From an uncultured Bacillales bacterium (GTDB lineage Bacteria > Bacillota_I > Bacilli_A > RF39 > UBA660): a DNA stretch of 64,000 nucleotides. Both the position numbers and the translations under genes were made by a program. Location of the stretch: NCBI GenBank assembly GCA_947564265.1, contig CANOBK010000005.1:66548-130547 (forward strand). The letters run 5' to 3'. The notes beneath the pieces are model-generated. The model saw only the letters and a list, made by a program, of their open reading frames with translations, did no database searches and had not been told where the DNA came from. This document shows, one piece after another, positions 32,745 through 42,520 of this stretch (its first letter is position 1; the number at the start of each line of letters is the position of its first letter).

Positions 32745-32823
32745 AAGAGAAGGCGGAACCACTAATTTCTATTGAAATCTGTTTCGTGTTCTAGTATAAT
32801 AGTAAGCTACAATGGGGTGGACT

Positions 32824-33633
32824 ATGGAAAAAGCATTGGAAATTAACAATTTACAATTTAGTTATCCAGGAAAAGAAGTATTTCGTGGTCTTTCATTGAC
32901 GGTAGAAGAAGGAACATTCACAACCTTTATTGGAAATAACCAAAGTGGAAAAACAACCTTAATTAAATTAATCTGTGGACTCCTTGATGGACAAAAATCA
33001 ATCGTCGCTGGATACGCTTATGTGAATAATCAGAGAATTCATGACAATTCTCGCTTTTTTGGTGTTGTTTTTTCCGATGTAGATGGAAAATTCTTATTTG
33101 ATAATGTTTATAAAGAAATGGCCTTCCCATTAGAAAATCTAAATATTCCCGTTGATCAAATAGAAAACAAAATCATTGAAATCGCAAAAGAATTTGGAAT
33201 TACAGAAATGTTAGATAAAAAAATAGAAGACTTAACAACTTCAGAAAAACAAGAACTTCTAATTGCTATTTCCTTACTGCATGACCCAAAAGTACTATTA
33301 CTAGATAACGCTTTTTCTATGATGAATCAAAAATCAAAAGAAAAAATATTAGAAATTTTAAAAGCTAGAATCAAAAAAGATCATTTAACTGTAATTTTAA
33401 CGACGATGAATTTAGAAGAAATTCTTGATTCAGACTATACTTATGTTTTAAATAACGGAAATATTGTGATGGAAGGTGCTCCTCTTAAGATTCTAAAAGA
33501 AGAACGTCTTCTAAATCAAGTAGGATTAGAATTACCCTTTATGATTGATTTATCCCTAAAACTAGAATTTTATGATTTAATTACTGGCGTAATCACAGAT
33601 ATGGATCGGATGGTGGATACGTTATGGAAATAA
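32824..33633 (+). CDS. ecfA: ECF-transporter ATPase EcfA1-like ABC protein with degenerate catalytic motifs
   Basis: Conserved position (rplQ...ecfA-ecfA'-ecfT-truA). Walker A GNNQSGKTT is intact, Walker B reads LLLDNAF (catalytic Glu replaced by Asn), signature reads LTTSEKQ, and the H-loop His is replaced. Confidence 0.6.
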   Translation: MEKALEINNLQFSYPGKEVFRGLSLTVEEGTFTTFIGNNQSGKTTLIKLICGLLDGQKSIVAGYAYVNNQRIHDNSRFFGVVFSDVDGKFLFDNVYKEMAFPLENLNIPVDQIENKIIEIAKEFGITEMLDKKIEDLTTSEKQELLIAISLLHDPKVLLLDNAFSMMNQKSKEKILEILKARIKKDHLTVILTTMNLEEILDSDYTYVLNNGNIVMEGAPLKILKEERLLNQVGLELPFMIDLSLKLEFYDLITGVITDMDRMVDTLWK

Positions 33634-34433
33634 TTTTAAAAAATGTAGGATATCATTATAAAAATAAAAAATATCTAGAAAAAATCAATCTAAAAATTCG
33701 TTCGAATGTAATTACAGGAATCACGGGGGATAACAAAACACTTTTAGTAGAATTAATCGATGCGTTAACGATGGCAAGTTATGGAGAAATTAAAGTTGGA
33801 GGATTACAAATTAATCGTGAGAACTTGATGAATGTAAGAAAAACAGTCTGCATGATTCAGCAAAAACCAATGGATCAATTTTTTACTACGAATGTCAAAG
33901 AAGAAATGGAATTTCTAATTGGAAGATTAGACTATAAAAATAAGAATATTCATAAGAAGATGAGAGATTCTCTACTAATTGTTGGACTAAACGAATCTTA
34001 CTTAGAAAAAGAAATTTATCAATTATCTTCTGGGGAACAAAAATTAATTCAAGTTGCCATTAGTCTACTATATAACCCAAAAGTCATCATTTTTGATGAA
34101 CCATTCGTCGAATTAGACTACACGAATAAGAAAAAAATGATTCGCTTAATTAGGATGTTAAAAGATCGATATCATAAGACTGTAATTATTACAAGTAACG
34201 ATAGTGATTTACTTTATATGTTAACAGACGATTTGGTCATTCTAAAGGGAAATCGTATTTTGGCAGCAGATCAAACAGAGAAAATCTATCAAGATATTGA
34301 TTTCTTAAACCATAATCATGTGGAGGTTCCTCATTTAGCTTTATTCACTGATAAGGCGAGAAAGAAGAATGTGAAATTATCTTATCATAAAGATATCCGT
34401 GATTTAATAAAGGATGTGTATAAACATGTTTAA
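33624..34433 (+). CDS. ecfA2: ECF-transporter ATPase EcfA2-like ABC protein with degenerate Walker A
   Basis: Walker A GITGDNKT lacks the invariant Gly; signature LSSGEQ; Walker B IIFDEP intact; H-loop His replaced by Asn. Confidence 0.55.
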   Translation: MEIILKNVGYHYKNKKYLEKINLKIRSNVITGITGDNKTLLVELIDALTMASYGEIKVGGLQINRENLMNVRKTVCMIQQKPMDQFFTTNVKEEMEFLIGRLDYKNKNIHKKMRDSLLIVGLNESYLEKEIYQLSSGEQKLIQVAISLLYNPKVIIFDEPFVELDYTNKKKMIRLIRMLKDRYHKTVIITSNDSDLLYMLTDDLVILKGNRILAADQTEKIYQDIDFLNHNHVEVPHLALFTDKARKKNVKLSYHKDIRDLIKDVYKHV

Positions 34434-35082
34434 GAGTAATTCAATTGTTTATGACATAAATATCATTTGTAAGGTAATCTGCGCTTTATTCATGTTATTA
34501 TCTATTATTTTGTTAAAGTTACCTTCCGTTTTAGTATTTCTTGGAATCTTCTTTTTAGGAATTGGCCTAGAATTTAGAAAGATTTCTATTTTAAGTATAA
34601 TTGGAATTCTGTTCTCTATTTTGGCAACCTTCTATCACTCCATCTTTTGGCTTCCTAAAATGATTCTATTTATTACATATTTATGCCTATTGAAGAAGAT
34701 TACGAAAGCTCCAGAACTAAGATACGTATTAGAAGTAACTCTTTATAAATTCCAAAGTAAGAAGGTAACATTCCGTATTTTATACATGATTTATTTTTTC
34801 AAGCAGTTAAGAAAAAATATGAGAATTTTAGATAGATTACGAGATGAGTATGGAATGGCTAGAGACTTCTTCTACTTAAGGTTTACGTTTAAAAAGGCAT
34901 GGAAAAAAACAAAGTACGAGATGAAAGACTTAATTACGATGAATGATTTAAGATTCTATAATTATTCGAAAGATAGAACTTATACAGAAAAGCCAAAATG
35001 GGAAAAATGGGATACAAAATATCTACTTGTGCACATGCTTATCTTAATTGTATTCTATGTTTTTGGGAGAAATATATGGTAA
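34414..35082 (+). CDS. ecfT: ECF transporter T-component-like membrane protein (divergent, short)
   Basis: Polytopic membrane protein at the expected ecfT position; only 222 aa and lacks obvious Ala-Arg-Gly motifs. Confidence 0.35.
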   Translation: MCINMFKSNSIVYDINIICKVICALFMLLSIILLKLPSVLVFLGIFFLGIGLEFRKISILSIIGILFSILATFYHSIFWLPKMILFITYLCLLKKITKAPELRYVLEVTLYKFQSKKVTFRILYMIYFFKQLRKNMRILDRLRDEYGMARDFFYLRFTFKKAWKKTKYEMKDLITMNDLRFYNYSKDRTYTEKPKWEKWDTKYLLVHMLILIVFYVFGRNIW

Positions 35083-35813
35083 GGTATAAGATAACATTTT
35101 CCTATGATGGGAGTAATTTTCATGGATATCAGATTCAACCAAAACTAAGAACGATTCAAGGAGAACTAGAAAGAGCGGTTAGTTATCTCAATCAACAAAC
35201 TGAAACTTCTGTTCAATCATCTGGGAGAACAGATGGGGGTGTCCATGCCTTAGCACAAGTAGCCCATTTTGATCTTAATATTGAAATCCCAGAATACAAA
35301 ATCAAACAAGGATTAAATACTCTTTTACCGAATGATATTCATATTATCTCAGTAAAGAAAGTAAGTGAGAAGTTCCATGCCAGGTTTTCATCAAAAAAGA
35401 AGGAATACATCTATAAAATAAATTTAGGAGAATATAACCCTACCTTGAGAAATTATGAATATCAGTATGGAAAAGAATTAGATATTTCAAAAATGGTAGA
35501 AGCAATTCATTCTTTTGAGGGAACTCATGATTTTACTTCGTTTGTCTCGAGTGAAGATATGAGAGAAGATAAAGTAAGAACTATCTATAAAACTTCTATC
35601 AAAAGAAATAAAGATATTTTAACTATTTCATTTCAAGCAGATGGATTTATGAAATATCAAGTAAGAAATATGGTAGGAATATTAATAGAAATTGGAAATG
35701 GTAAAAAAGAGGTTCAAGATGTAGAAAGAATATTAAATCTAAAAAATCGAAAAACTTCAATAAAAATAGCGCCCGCAGAAGGTCTTTATTTAAAAAAGGT
35801 GTGGTATAAATGA
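35076..35813 (+). CDS. truA: tRNA pseudouridine(38-40) synthase
   Basis: Start at MVRYKITFSYDGSNFHGYQ; conserved TruA motifs (GRTDGGVHA). Confidence 0.93.
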   Translation: MVRYKITFSYDGSNFHGYQIQPKLRTIQGELERAVSYLNQQTETSVQSSGRTDGGVHALAQVAHFDLNIEIPEYKIKQGLNTLLPNDIHIISVKKVSEKFHARFSSKKKEYIYKINLGEYNPTLRNYEYQYGKELDISKMVEAIHSFEGTHDFTSFVSSEDMREDKVRTIYKTSIKRNKDILTISFQADGFMKYQVRNMVGILIEIGNGKKEVQDVERILNLKNRKTSIKIAPAEGLYLKKVWYK

Positions 35814-36598
35814 GTGAAGTTAGAAAAAAATTAGAAACTTTCGGGAATACAGTGATTTATATCCGTTATGAAGAATTTAAGAATGTTCCAATAGATATTT
35901 ATATAGATAACTATACACAAATATTTAATTTTGGAATGAAAATCATATCTTATATGAGGGAACAAGAACATGAGAATTGGGATGTATGGTATATTGATGA
36001 ATGGTTCATTCTAAGAAAATTATTAGAAGAACTCTTGAAAACAGGAGAAGCTACTGTAAAACTTTTTCAGGAAAGATTGTTTTTGGGAAGAAATATTGAT
36101 AAACAGAAAATTAAGGAACTTACTAGTATAACAACTCAATTAGAGGGAGTAATTCAAAAAATTCCTTATGTAAAAAAAGCAAAGGAAAATATAGAAACAA
36201 TTGATGATTGGGTCAAATCGTTAAGAATTTATCAATTGGCTTCTCCCCTCTCCTTAGAAACTGAATGTTATCAAACAAATGATGCTCTATATCAAGATAT
36301 TAGAAAAATAGTTTTAACAAAGACTTCCCCGACTTATAAAAAAATATATGCAATTCGAGTATCTAAATTACTATCTAGTTATGAAAGTCAAAGTAAATTG
36401 CCAGGTGGAATCAATTTCCTAACGGAAGAAGCAGATTGGAAAGGATTAATAGAATTAATAAAACAACCAGAGTTTAATTTCCGAATTCCAGGGGATTATA
36501 AGAAAATAATCCATGATTTAGAAATCAAGGAGAAATTTGAATTTGAAGAATGGAAAAATGATATTCAATTATTGGTGAAAGAAGGAAAGTCTAGATAA
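35810..36598 (+). CDS. Hypothetical protein, paralogue 1 of a tandem triplicated family
   Basis: Shares DDWVKSLRIYQL...ECYQT.DALYQDI.KIVL.KTSP.YKK.Y...VS.LL and ...NFR motifs with the next two genes. Confidence 0.5.
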   Translation: MSEVRKKLETFGNTVIYIRYEEFKNVPIDIYIDNYTQIFNFGMKIISYMREQEHENWDVWYIDEWFILRKLLEELLKTGEATVKLFQERLFLGRNIDKQKIKELTSITTQLEGVIQKIPYVKKAKENIETIDDWVKSLRIYQLASPLSLETECYQTNDALYQDIRKIVLTKTSPTYKKIYAIRVSKLLSSYESQSKLPGGINFLTEEADWKGLIELIKQPEFNFRIPGDYKKIIHDLEIKEKFEFEEWKNDIQLLVKEGKSR

Positions 36599-36600
36599 AA

Positions 36601-37377
36601 ATGGAACTTATCGAAAAAGTAAATAAGGAAGGAACGATATCAATGGATGAAATATATGAAAAATTAGGAAATTTAAAAAAAGAAATTTATATTGGTCGTA
36701 TTCATTGCGATAAAATAACTTATATAATCAAATTACTAGAATATGGAATAGAAACAATAGGTGATATAAAAAATCATCCTGAAGTAGGCAAAGAAGAATT
36801 AGAAATAGCAGTTGGTTTTGGAGAATCTATTCTCTATTTTGCAAAATCAGGATCATGGGGAAAAAATAACGAGCGATTAAGGAAGAAACTCAATCAATTA
36901 GTCGTTCAGTTAGAACAAGAAGTAGATTCAATCAAGGAAATGGATCTTATGAATACGATATATACAGATTTAAATGAATGGGTAGAGTCATTAAATATTT
37001 GTAGATTCAGGGATGGCCATATAAAAGAAGAACAGTATCAAACTAGTTATGATTTGTATGTAGATTTAAGGAAAGGCTTTATAGATCAAAGTATGTCACG
37101 GAAACAAGAGCTATATATTGGTAAAATCGTAGATCAATTGGATCAAGGAAGTACAAAGTTATCGGAAGAGTGTAAAATTGAAGTGTCAGATTATGAATTA
37201 TCGAAACTAATGGGAATGATAAGAGAGAATCCAAGATTTAATTATAGACTGCAACGGGATAATAGCTATAAGCTAGAAACGATCAATCAATCTATTGAAA
37301 GAGAAATGAAGTTAAGTAAAAGACAAGTGCTAGAAAAACGATTACAAAAACTGATTATTGATCATTCAGTTCAATAG
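36601..37377 (+). CDS. Hypothetical protein, paralogue 2 of a tandem triplicated family
   Basis: NEWVESLNI..., EQYQTSYDLY, SDYELSKL, NPRFNYR motifs. Confidence 0.5.
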   Translation: MELIEKVNKEGTISMDEIYEKLGNLKKEIYIGRIHCDKITYIIKLLEYGIETIGDIKNHPEVGKEELEIAVGFGESILYFAKSGSWGKNNERLRKKLNQLVVQLEQEVDSIKEMDLMNTIYTDLNEWVESLNICRFRDGHIKEEQYQTSYDLYVDLRKGFIDQSMSRKQELYIGKIVDQLDQGSTKLSEECKIEVSDYELSKLMGMIRENPRFNYRLQRDNSYKLETINQSIEREMKLSKRQVLEKRLQKLIIDHSVQ

Positions 37378-37399
37378 TATATGGAAAGGACAAATCAAA

Positions 37400-38128
37400 A
37401 TGAGTATAAAAGAAAAACAAGATAAATTAATCGATGAAATTGTGCATGTAAGAGGTGGCTATGCCTATGAGTGTAAATGGGATGATCATATCAATGCTTT
37501 AGAACGAGGAATTGAATTGGCTTCCGATACATTACATTTAATCTCAGAAGAAGATACATCTTCCAATCAAAAAATAGATGATCATGAAATTTTTGCGACA
37601 AAAATATTAATAGAAGAATTATTAAAAGTTTCAGGAATAGACCAACCACAGAAAAGTAGAAATTATAGGGTTAAAAAGGTATACGAATTATCATGTATTT
37701 TAAGAGAAAAATTAAATCAAATTCCCGATATCGTTCAAGAAGAGGAAAAAGTTACATCCATAAACAGTTGGATAAAATCCTTAAGAATATTTAAAATGAA
37801 TTCTAAGTTTATTTCTACAGAATATTATCAAAGTAGTGGGGATTTATGTACAGATATTAGCAAAATCGTATTGAAAAAGACTTCTCCATTATATCAAAAA
37901 CTTTATGTAGGAAAAGTAAGTAGTCTGTTGGATGAAGAGAATCGAAAGACAGAAGATATTTTAAAATCAGATTATGAGTTATCAGAATTAGTCCGTTTAA
38001 CCAAAGATAACCCTGATTTTAACTACAGAAAACTTTCCAGTTTAGAATGGACTTATCAAAAAGCACTCATAAATGATAGAATCGAAAGAGGATTTTACCG
38101 AAGTGGCTTAAAAATGTTGATAAAATAG
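37400..38128 (+). CDS. Hypothetical protein, paralogue 3 of a tandem triplicated family
   Basis: NSWIKSLRIF, EYYQSSGDL, KKTSPLYQKLYVGKVSSLL, SDYELSEL, NPDFNYR motifs; start uncertain (ORF opens at 37358, MSIKEKQ start at 37400 preferred). Confidence 0.5.
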   Translation: MSIKEKQDKLIDEIVHVRGGYAYECKWDDHINALERGIELASDTLHLISEEDTSSNQKIDDHEIFATKILIEELLKVSGIDQPQKSRNYRVKKVYELSCILREKLNQIPDIVQEEEKVTSINSWIKSLRIFKMNSKFISTEYYQSSGDLCTDISKIVLKKTSPLYQKLYVGKVSSLLDEENRKTEDILKSDYELSELVRLTKDNPDFNYRKLSSLEWTYQKALINDRIERGFYRSGLKMLIK

Positions 38129-38270
38129 CGGAAAAAAGACAGTTTTTAATTGACTTTGATACTATTTTATAATATAATTTTAACTGGTACATTTTATATA
38201 TTCCAAATTCTGGTTTTATGTCCTGGGAAAACATAAAATGGGAAGGGAAAAAAGTAAAAGGAGAATATAT

Positions 38271-38699
38271 ATGACAAGTTTTATGCAAAAGAAAGAAACA
38301 GTTGATCGTAAATGGTATGTAATCGATGCAAAAGATCAACCATTAGGAAGAGTTGCTGCTAAAGCTGCTCACATGTTAAGAGGAAAACATAAACCTACTT
38401 ACACACCACATATTGATTGTGGAGATTATATCATCATCGTAAATGCAAAAGAAGCAAAATTAACAGGAAACAAATTAGACAAGAAGATGTATTACAATCA
38501 CTCTATGTATCCAGGTGGACTTAGAGAGAGAACTGCTCGCGAAATGAAAGAAAAATATCCAATTGAAATGGTGGAAAGAGCTGTTAAAGGAATGCTTCCA
38601 CATAATAGATTGGGACGTCAAATGTATAAGAAATTATTTGTATATGAAGGAGAAACTCATCCACATACGGCACAAAAGCCTACTGTGATTGAGCTTTAA
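38271..38699 (+). CDS. rplM: 50S ribosomal protein L13
   Basis: Start at [20 protein letters not shown] with AAAGGAG RBS; conserved L13. Confidence 0.95.
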   Translation: MTSFMQKKETVDRKWYVIDAKDQPLGRVAAKAAHMLRGKHKPTYTPHIDCGDYIIIVNAKEAKLTGNKLDKKMYYNHSMYPGGLRERTAREMKEKYPIEMVERAVKGMLPHNRLGRQMYKKLFVYEGETHPHTAQKPTVIEL

Positions 38700-38714
38700 T
38701 AGGAGGATTACGAA

Positions 38715-39134
38715 ATGGCAGAGAAAAAAGCTTATACTGGTACTGGTAGAAGAAAAACTAGTGTAGCCAGAGTAAAATTAATTCCTGGAAAAGGAAAAAT
38801 TACAATCAATGGTAGAGATGTTCGTGATTACTTACCTTATGAAACTCTAATCATGGACTTAGAGCAACCATTAGTATTAACAAATACAAAAGATATGTTT
38901 GATGTAGTAGTAAATGTTCGTGGTGGTGGATTCTCAGGACAAACAGGAGCTATCCGTCACGGTATTACAAGGGCATTATTACAATATGATAGTACGACTT
39001 CAAAAGACTCTGAAAACAGCTATCGTAAGGTTTTAAAACCAGCTGGATTTATTACTCGCGATGCTCGTAAGAAAGAACGTAAGAAACCAGGTTTAAAGAA
39101 AGCACGTCGTGCACCACAGTTCTCAAAGAGATAG
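38715..39134 (+). CDS. rpsI: 30S ribosomal protein S9
   Basis: Conserved S9 with basic C-terminus ...RRAPQFSKR. Confidence 0.96.
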   Translation: MAEKKAYTGTGRRKTSVARVKLIPGKGKITINGRDVRDYLPYETLIMDLEQPLVLTNTKDMFDVVVNVRGGGFSGQTGAIRHGITRALLQYDSTTSKDSENSYRKVLKPAGFITRDARKKERKKPGLKKARRAPQFSKR

Positions 39135-39163
39135 AATTACGTTTATGTTTATACCTCGAAAAC

Positions 39164-39200
39164 TCGATGTTTTCGGGGTTTTTCTTTTTTTATACAGATT
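39164..39200 (+). terminator. Rho-independent terminator of rplM-rpsI (CCTCGAAAAC-tcgat-GTTTTCGGGG plus T-run)
   Basis: Perfect stem and T-run seen in sequence. Confidence 0.8.
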
Positions 39201-39313
39201 AGAACTGTTTGAATTGGTTCGTAGGTAACTTAAGGAACATCATTTTAAAATTATAAGATTGTCATAGACAATGGTTGAAAAGTTTAGTATCATATCTATA
39301 CGGAAGTGATGCT

Positions 39314-40021
39314 ATGAAGATATATGTATATTTAGATGAAAGTGGTTCTATCCATAAAAATAGTAACACAAAGTATTTTGCCGTTGGTGGATACTTTGTA
39401 TTTGCTTCAGATAGGAATAAAGTTACATCTCGATACAAAAAAATAAATAAAAAGATGAAAGACAGTAAAAATATTTCTTTATCTAAAGAAATAAAATCTT
39501 ATGATATGACAGATTTAGAGAAAATAGAAATTTTTAATAATATCCAAGATATTGATACATTTTATGGATGTGCTAAAATCTTTGAAAAAGCAGCTATGAG
39601 AAAAGAGATTATAGAATCAAATATATTTTTTAATTACGCAGTTAAGTTGGTATTTAAAGATTGCATTATACCTCTCTTAAATCTAAATCAATTGAATGAA
39701 AATCTAGAATTTATCGTAAGCGTCGATAACAGAAATATTAGAATTGGCGACTTAAATAATTTAGAAACATATTTAAAAACTGAATTTTGTTTAGAAAATT
39801 TTGGATTTAAAATAACTTATTATGATTCTTCAACTAATTATGGAGTACAATTAGCAGACCTAGTTGTTAATACATTTTATAATTCATATAAAGATAGAAA
39901 CATTGTTAAGAAAGTATTACCTACACTGAAAGGTAAAAATTTTAGAATAAGTTTGTTTCCTGGTCATAAAATTAAGGGTAGAATTCAAAAAATTGAATAT
40001 AATAGTAATGAGAATGTTTGA
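39314..40021 (+). CDS. DUF3800 family protein
   Basis: Family-typical N-terminus MKIYVYLDESG and C-terminal QLADLV motif; ORF opens at 39275 but the conserved start is at 39314. Confidence 0.6.
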   Translation: MKIYVYLDESGSIHKNSNTKYFAVGGYFVFASDRNKVTSRYKKINKKMKDSKNISLSKEIKSYDMTDLEKIEIFNNIQDIDTFYGCAKIFEKAAMRKEIIESNIFFNYAVKLVFKDCIIPLLNLNQLNENLEFIVSVDNRNIRIGDLNNLETYLKTEFCLENFGFKITYYDSSTNYGVQLADLVVNTFYNSYKDRNIVKKVLPTLKGKNFRISLFPGHKIKGRIQKIEYNSNENV

Positions 40022-40058
40022 CATGAGAGTAATCTTATGCTAAAATATTCTTACAAGA

Positions 40059-40122
40059 CCTGAGGTAGGTAGCTAAATGCTAAGCGTATGTTAAGTACGC
40101 TGCCCCTCAGGCATTTTTATTT
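40059..40122 (+). terminator. Long imperfect hairpin (CCTGAGG...AGCGTA-N7-TACGCT...CCTCAGG) followed by an A/T-rich tract; probable terminator or small structured RNA after the DUF3800 gene
   Basis: Nested inverted repeats seen directly. Confidence 0.4.
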
Positions 40123-40236
40123 TAAAAAAAAGATAATCAAAAAAAACTAATTTGTAGGCAACAAAATTTCATTTTTCTTTTTAAATACAATCAACATAAA
40201 TTTACAAAAGACAGCATTATGTTTATGTTTCTGACT

Positions 40237-40266
40237 CGAAAACTCGGTGTTTTCGTTTTTTTTTTC
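40237..40266 (+). terminator. Second copy of the rpsI-type terminator (CGAAAAC-tcggt-GTTTTCG plus long T-run)
   Basis: About 40 nt nearly identical to 39150-39195, including the preceding TATGTTTAT. Confidence 0.7.
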
Positions 40267-40375
40267 TAGAACGGAAAAGGTTAGATACTTAAAAATATAC
40301 TTCCATTATCAATCTTGAATATTTATAGTATAATAAACTTATAAACAAATAGAAATCTATTAAGGAGTAATTACT

Positions 40376-40909
40376 ATGGCGAAAATAAGAAGGTTAAATA
40401 TCATTCTTCCGAGTATTTATTATATTTTTGGAATATTTGGATTTTACTTCCTTTTTATCATGGGCATCACTTCTGGATTTCTAGACTTAAAAAAATTATT
40501 TTTGATATTATTTGTAGTTTTACCAATCATCGTTTTGTTACTGCCAATAGTGATAAGAACAATCATGAAAATAGAGTTTTATAAATGTATCCTATTTAGT
40601 TTAATTGGAGTTGTGATTTATTTTATCATTTTCTCTATTGTTTTACTCTCTATTGGTACTTTTAGTGAGAGTAATTGGAAAAATGATAAATATATGAATC
40701 TAAGATATTTAATGATCGATGATTTAGAGTCTAAATATGACCTTATAGGGATGAATAAAGATGAAATTATGAAACTATTAGGAGAAACAAGTGGAGAAGG
40801 GGAACTATGTTATTCTACAAGTAGCTTCATGATAACTACTTACTTTTATTGTCTAAAATATGATGAAAATGATTTAATTACAGAAATCTATGAAAAGGAA
40901 GTAGATTAA
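40376..40909 (+). CDS. Hypothetical integral membrane protein
   Basis: Three to four predicted TM helices in the N-terminal 100 aa; no family recognised. Confidence 0.45.
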   Translation: MAKIRRLNIILPSIYYIFGIFGFYFLFIMGITSGFLDLKKLFLILFVVLPIIVLLLPIVIRTIMKIEFYKCILFSLIGVVIYFIIFSIVLLSIGTFSESNWKNDKYMNLRYLMIDDLESKYDLIGMNKDEIMKLLGETSGEGELCYSTSSFMITTYFYCLKYDENDLITEIYEKEVD

Positions 40910-40981
40910 TTAAGAAGAGTTCTATTTCTAGAGAGGATGCTTTTGGTATTTCTTGACTTTTTTTAAATATCATATAAAATA

Positions 40982-41428
40982 TTGCGAAAAGGAGGGGACT
41001 CTATGGTAGAAGTAAAAAGGCAACGCCCTGCAGTTTTAAAAGAGTATCCTAATAAAATGACATTAGTGGAACAAAATGAGGAATATAATCTAATAAATGG
41101 AGTTGTACTAAGTGATGAGAGATATGGATTTACGTTCATTGACGAACAGGGGAGCGAAATTGAGTATGGGACGCAGTGTCCTATTTTTGGAATAGATATC
41201 GATAAAGAAAATAAACAAGTCCGAGTATGGGAAGAAGGGAAAAGTATTCCTTGGAGATTAGCGATGAAAACAGGAGAAGTAGTAGATTTCGCGAAGTTTC
41301 TTGATATATCGAAACGTGATTTACAATACTTAAAAGATCATTTTGGACTTCCAAAAGAATCGATAGAAGAAGTAAACTCTTATTTTAATAAAGGAAAAAC
41401 GTTAAATAAAAATCATAAAAATGGATAA
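40982..41428 (+). CDS. Hypothetical protein
   Basis: 148 aa soluble protein; no family recognised. Confidence 0.4.
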   Translation: MRKGGDSMVEVKRQRPAVLKEYPNKMTLVEQNEEYNLINGVVLSDERYGFTFIDEQGSEIEYGTQCPIFGIDIDKENKQVRVWEEGKSIPWRLAMKTGEVVDFAKFLDISKRDLQYLKDHFGLPKESIEEVNSYFNKGKTLNKNHKNG

Positions 41429-41561
41429 TGAAATACGAAAGAACGATAGTAGAAGTCTAAAACATTGGAAAAATTCAATGTTTTTTCTTGGTGTTTTTTT
41501 CCTTTTTTGATATTCTATAAAGAAATAGGTAAAACTAGAATTTCTAGTTAGGAGGAATCAA

Positions 41562-42467
41562 ATGATTTTAAGTATTAGTGAAAGAACTGACATTGTTGGT
41601 TTCTATATGCCTTGGTTTTTAAATCGTTTAAAAGAAGGGTATGTAGATGTTAGGAACCCATTTTATCCGAAACAGGTAAGTAGGATTCTTCTGGATCAAG
41701 AACATATTGATGCGATTGTTTTTTGTACGAAAAATCCAATTCCGCTACTGGAAAATCTAGATAAGATTCCCTTTCCCTTTATTGTACAGGTAACAATCAC
41801 TCCTTATATGAGAGAGATAGAGCCGAATGTTCCTTCGAAAAGAAAAATCATAGAGACTGTAAAGAAAATTTCTAAAATGGTTGGAAAAGATCGGGTTTAT
41901 GTAAGATATGATCCAATTCTTTTAAGTAAAAAATATACTATTTCTTATCATGAAAAAATGTTTGAAAGGTTGTGTCAGGAATTAGAGAATGATATCAGTC
42001 GAGTCATTATTAGTTTTTTAGATATTAAAAAGAATGTTTTGAAGAATCGGAAAATCTTAAATCTTACTCCATTCACCAAGGAAAATATCTATGAAATCTC
42101 AAAAAAAATCGGTTCCATTGCCTCTTCACACCATCTAGAAGTTAGTACTTGTGGAGAGAGTATCGATTTATCCGAGTTTGGAATTGTCGGAAAGGGCTGT
42201 ATGAGTGAAGAAGATATCCACAAACTTGTGAATAAACCGATAAAATTTAGGAAGAATAAAACTAGAATGAATTGTAATTGTGTGGATACGACAGATTTAG
42301 GTGTTTATAATTGTTGTAGCCACTTTTGTAAATACTGTTATGCAAATTATGAGGAATCCCAAGTAATGAAAAATAGGAGAAATCATAACCCTAAATCTTC
42401 TTTATTAATTGGAGAGTTAGAAGAGGGGGATATAATAAAAATAAAAGATACAAAGCAGGAAGTTTAA
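41562..42467 (+). CDS. DUF1848 family protein with C-terminal Cys cluster
   Basis: N-terminus ISERTDIVGFYMPWFLNRL...GYV.VRNPF.PKQVSRI matches my recollection of DUF1848; C-terminal CNCVD...CCSHFCKYCYAN cysteine cluster. Confidence 0.45.
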   Translation: MILSISERTDIVGFYMPWFLNRLKEGYVDVRNPFYPKQVSRILLDQEHIDAIVFCTKNPIPLLENLDKIPFPFIVQVTITPYMREIEPNVPSKRKIIETVKKISKMVGKDRVYVRYDPILLSKKYTISYHEKMFERLCQELENDISRVIISFLDIKKNVLKNRKILNLTPFTKENIYEISKKIGSIASSHHLEVSTCGESIDLSEFGIVGKGCMSEEDIHKLVNKPIKFRKNKTRMNCNCVDTTDLGVYNCCSHFCKYCYANYEESQVMKNRRNHNPKSSLLIGELEEGDIIKIKDTKQEV

Positions 42468-42520
42468 AAAATTCCTGTTTTTGGTTGACATATTTTTAAT
42501 AGAAGCATATAATTTAATAT

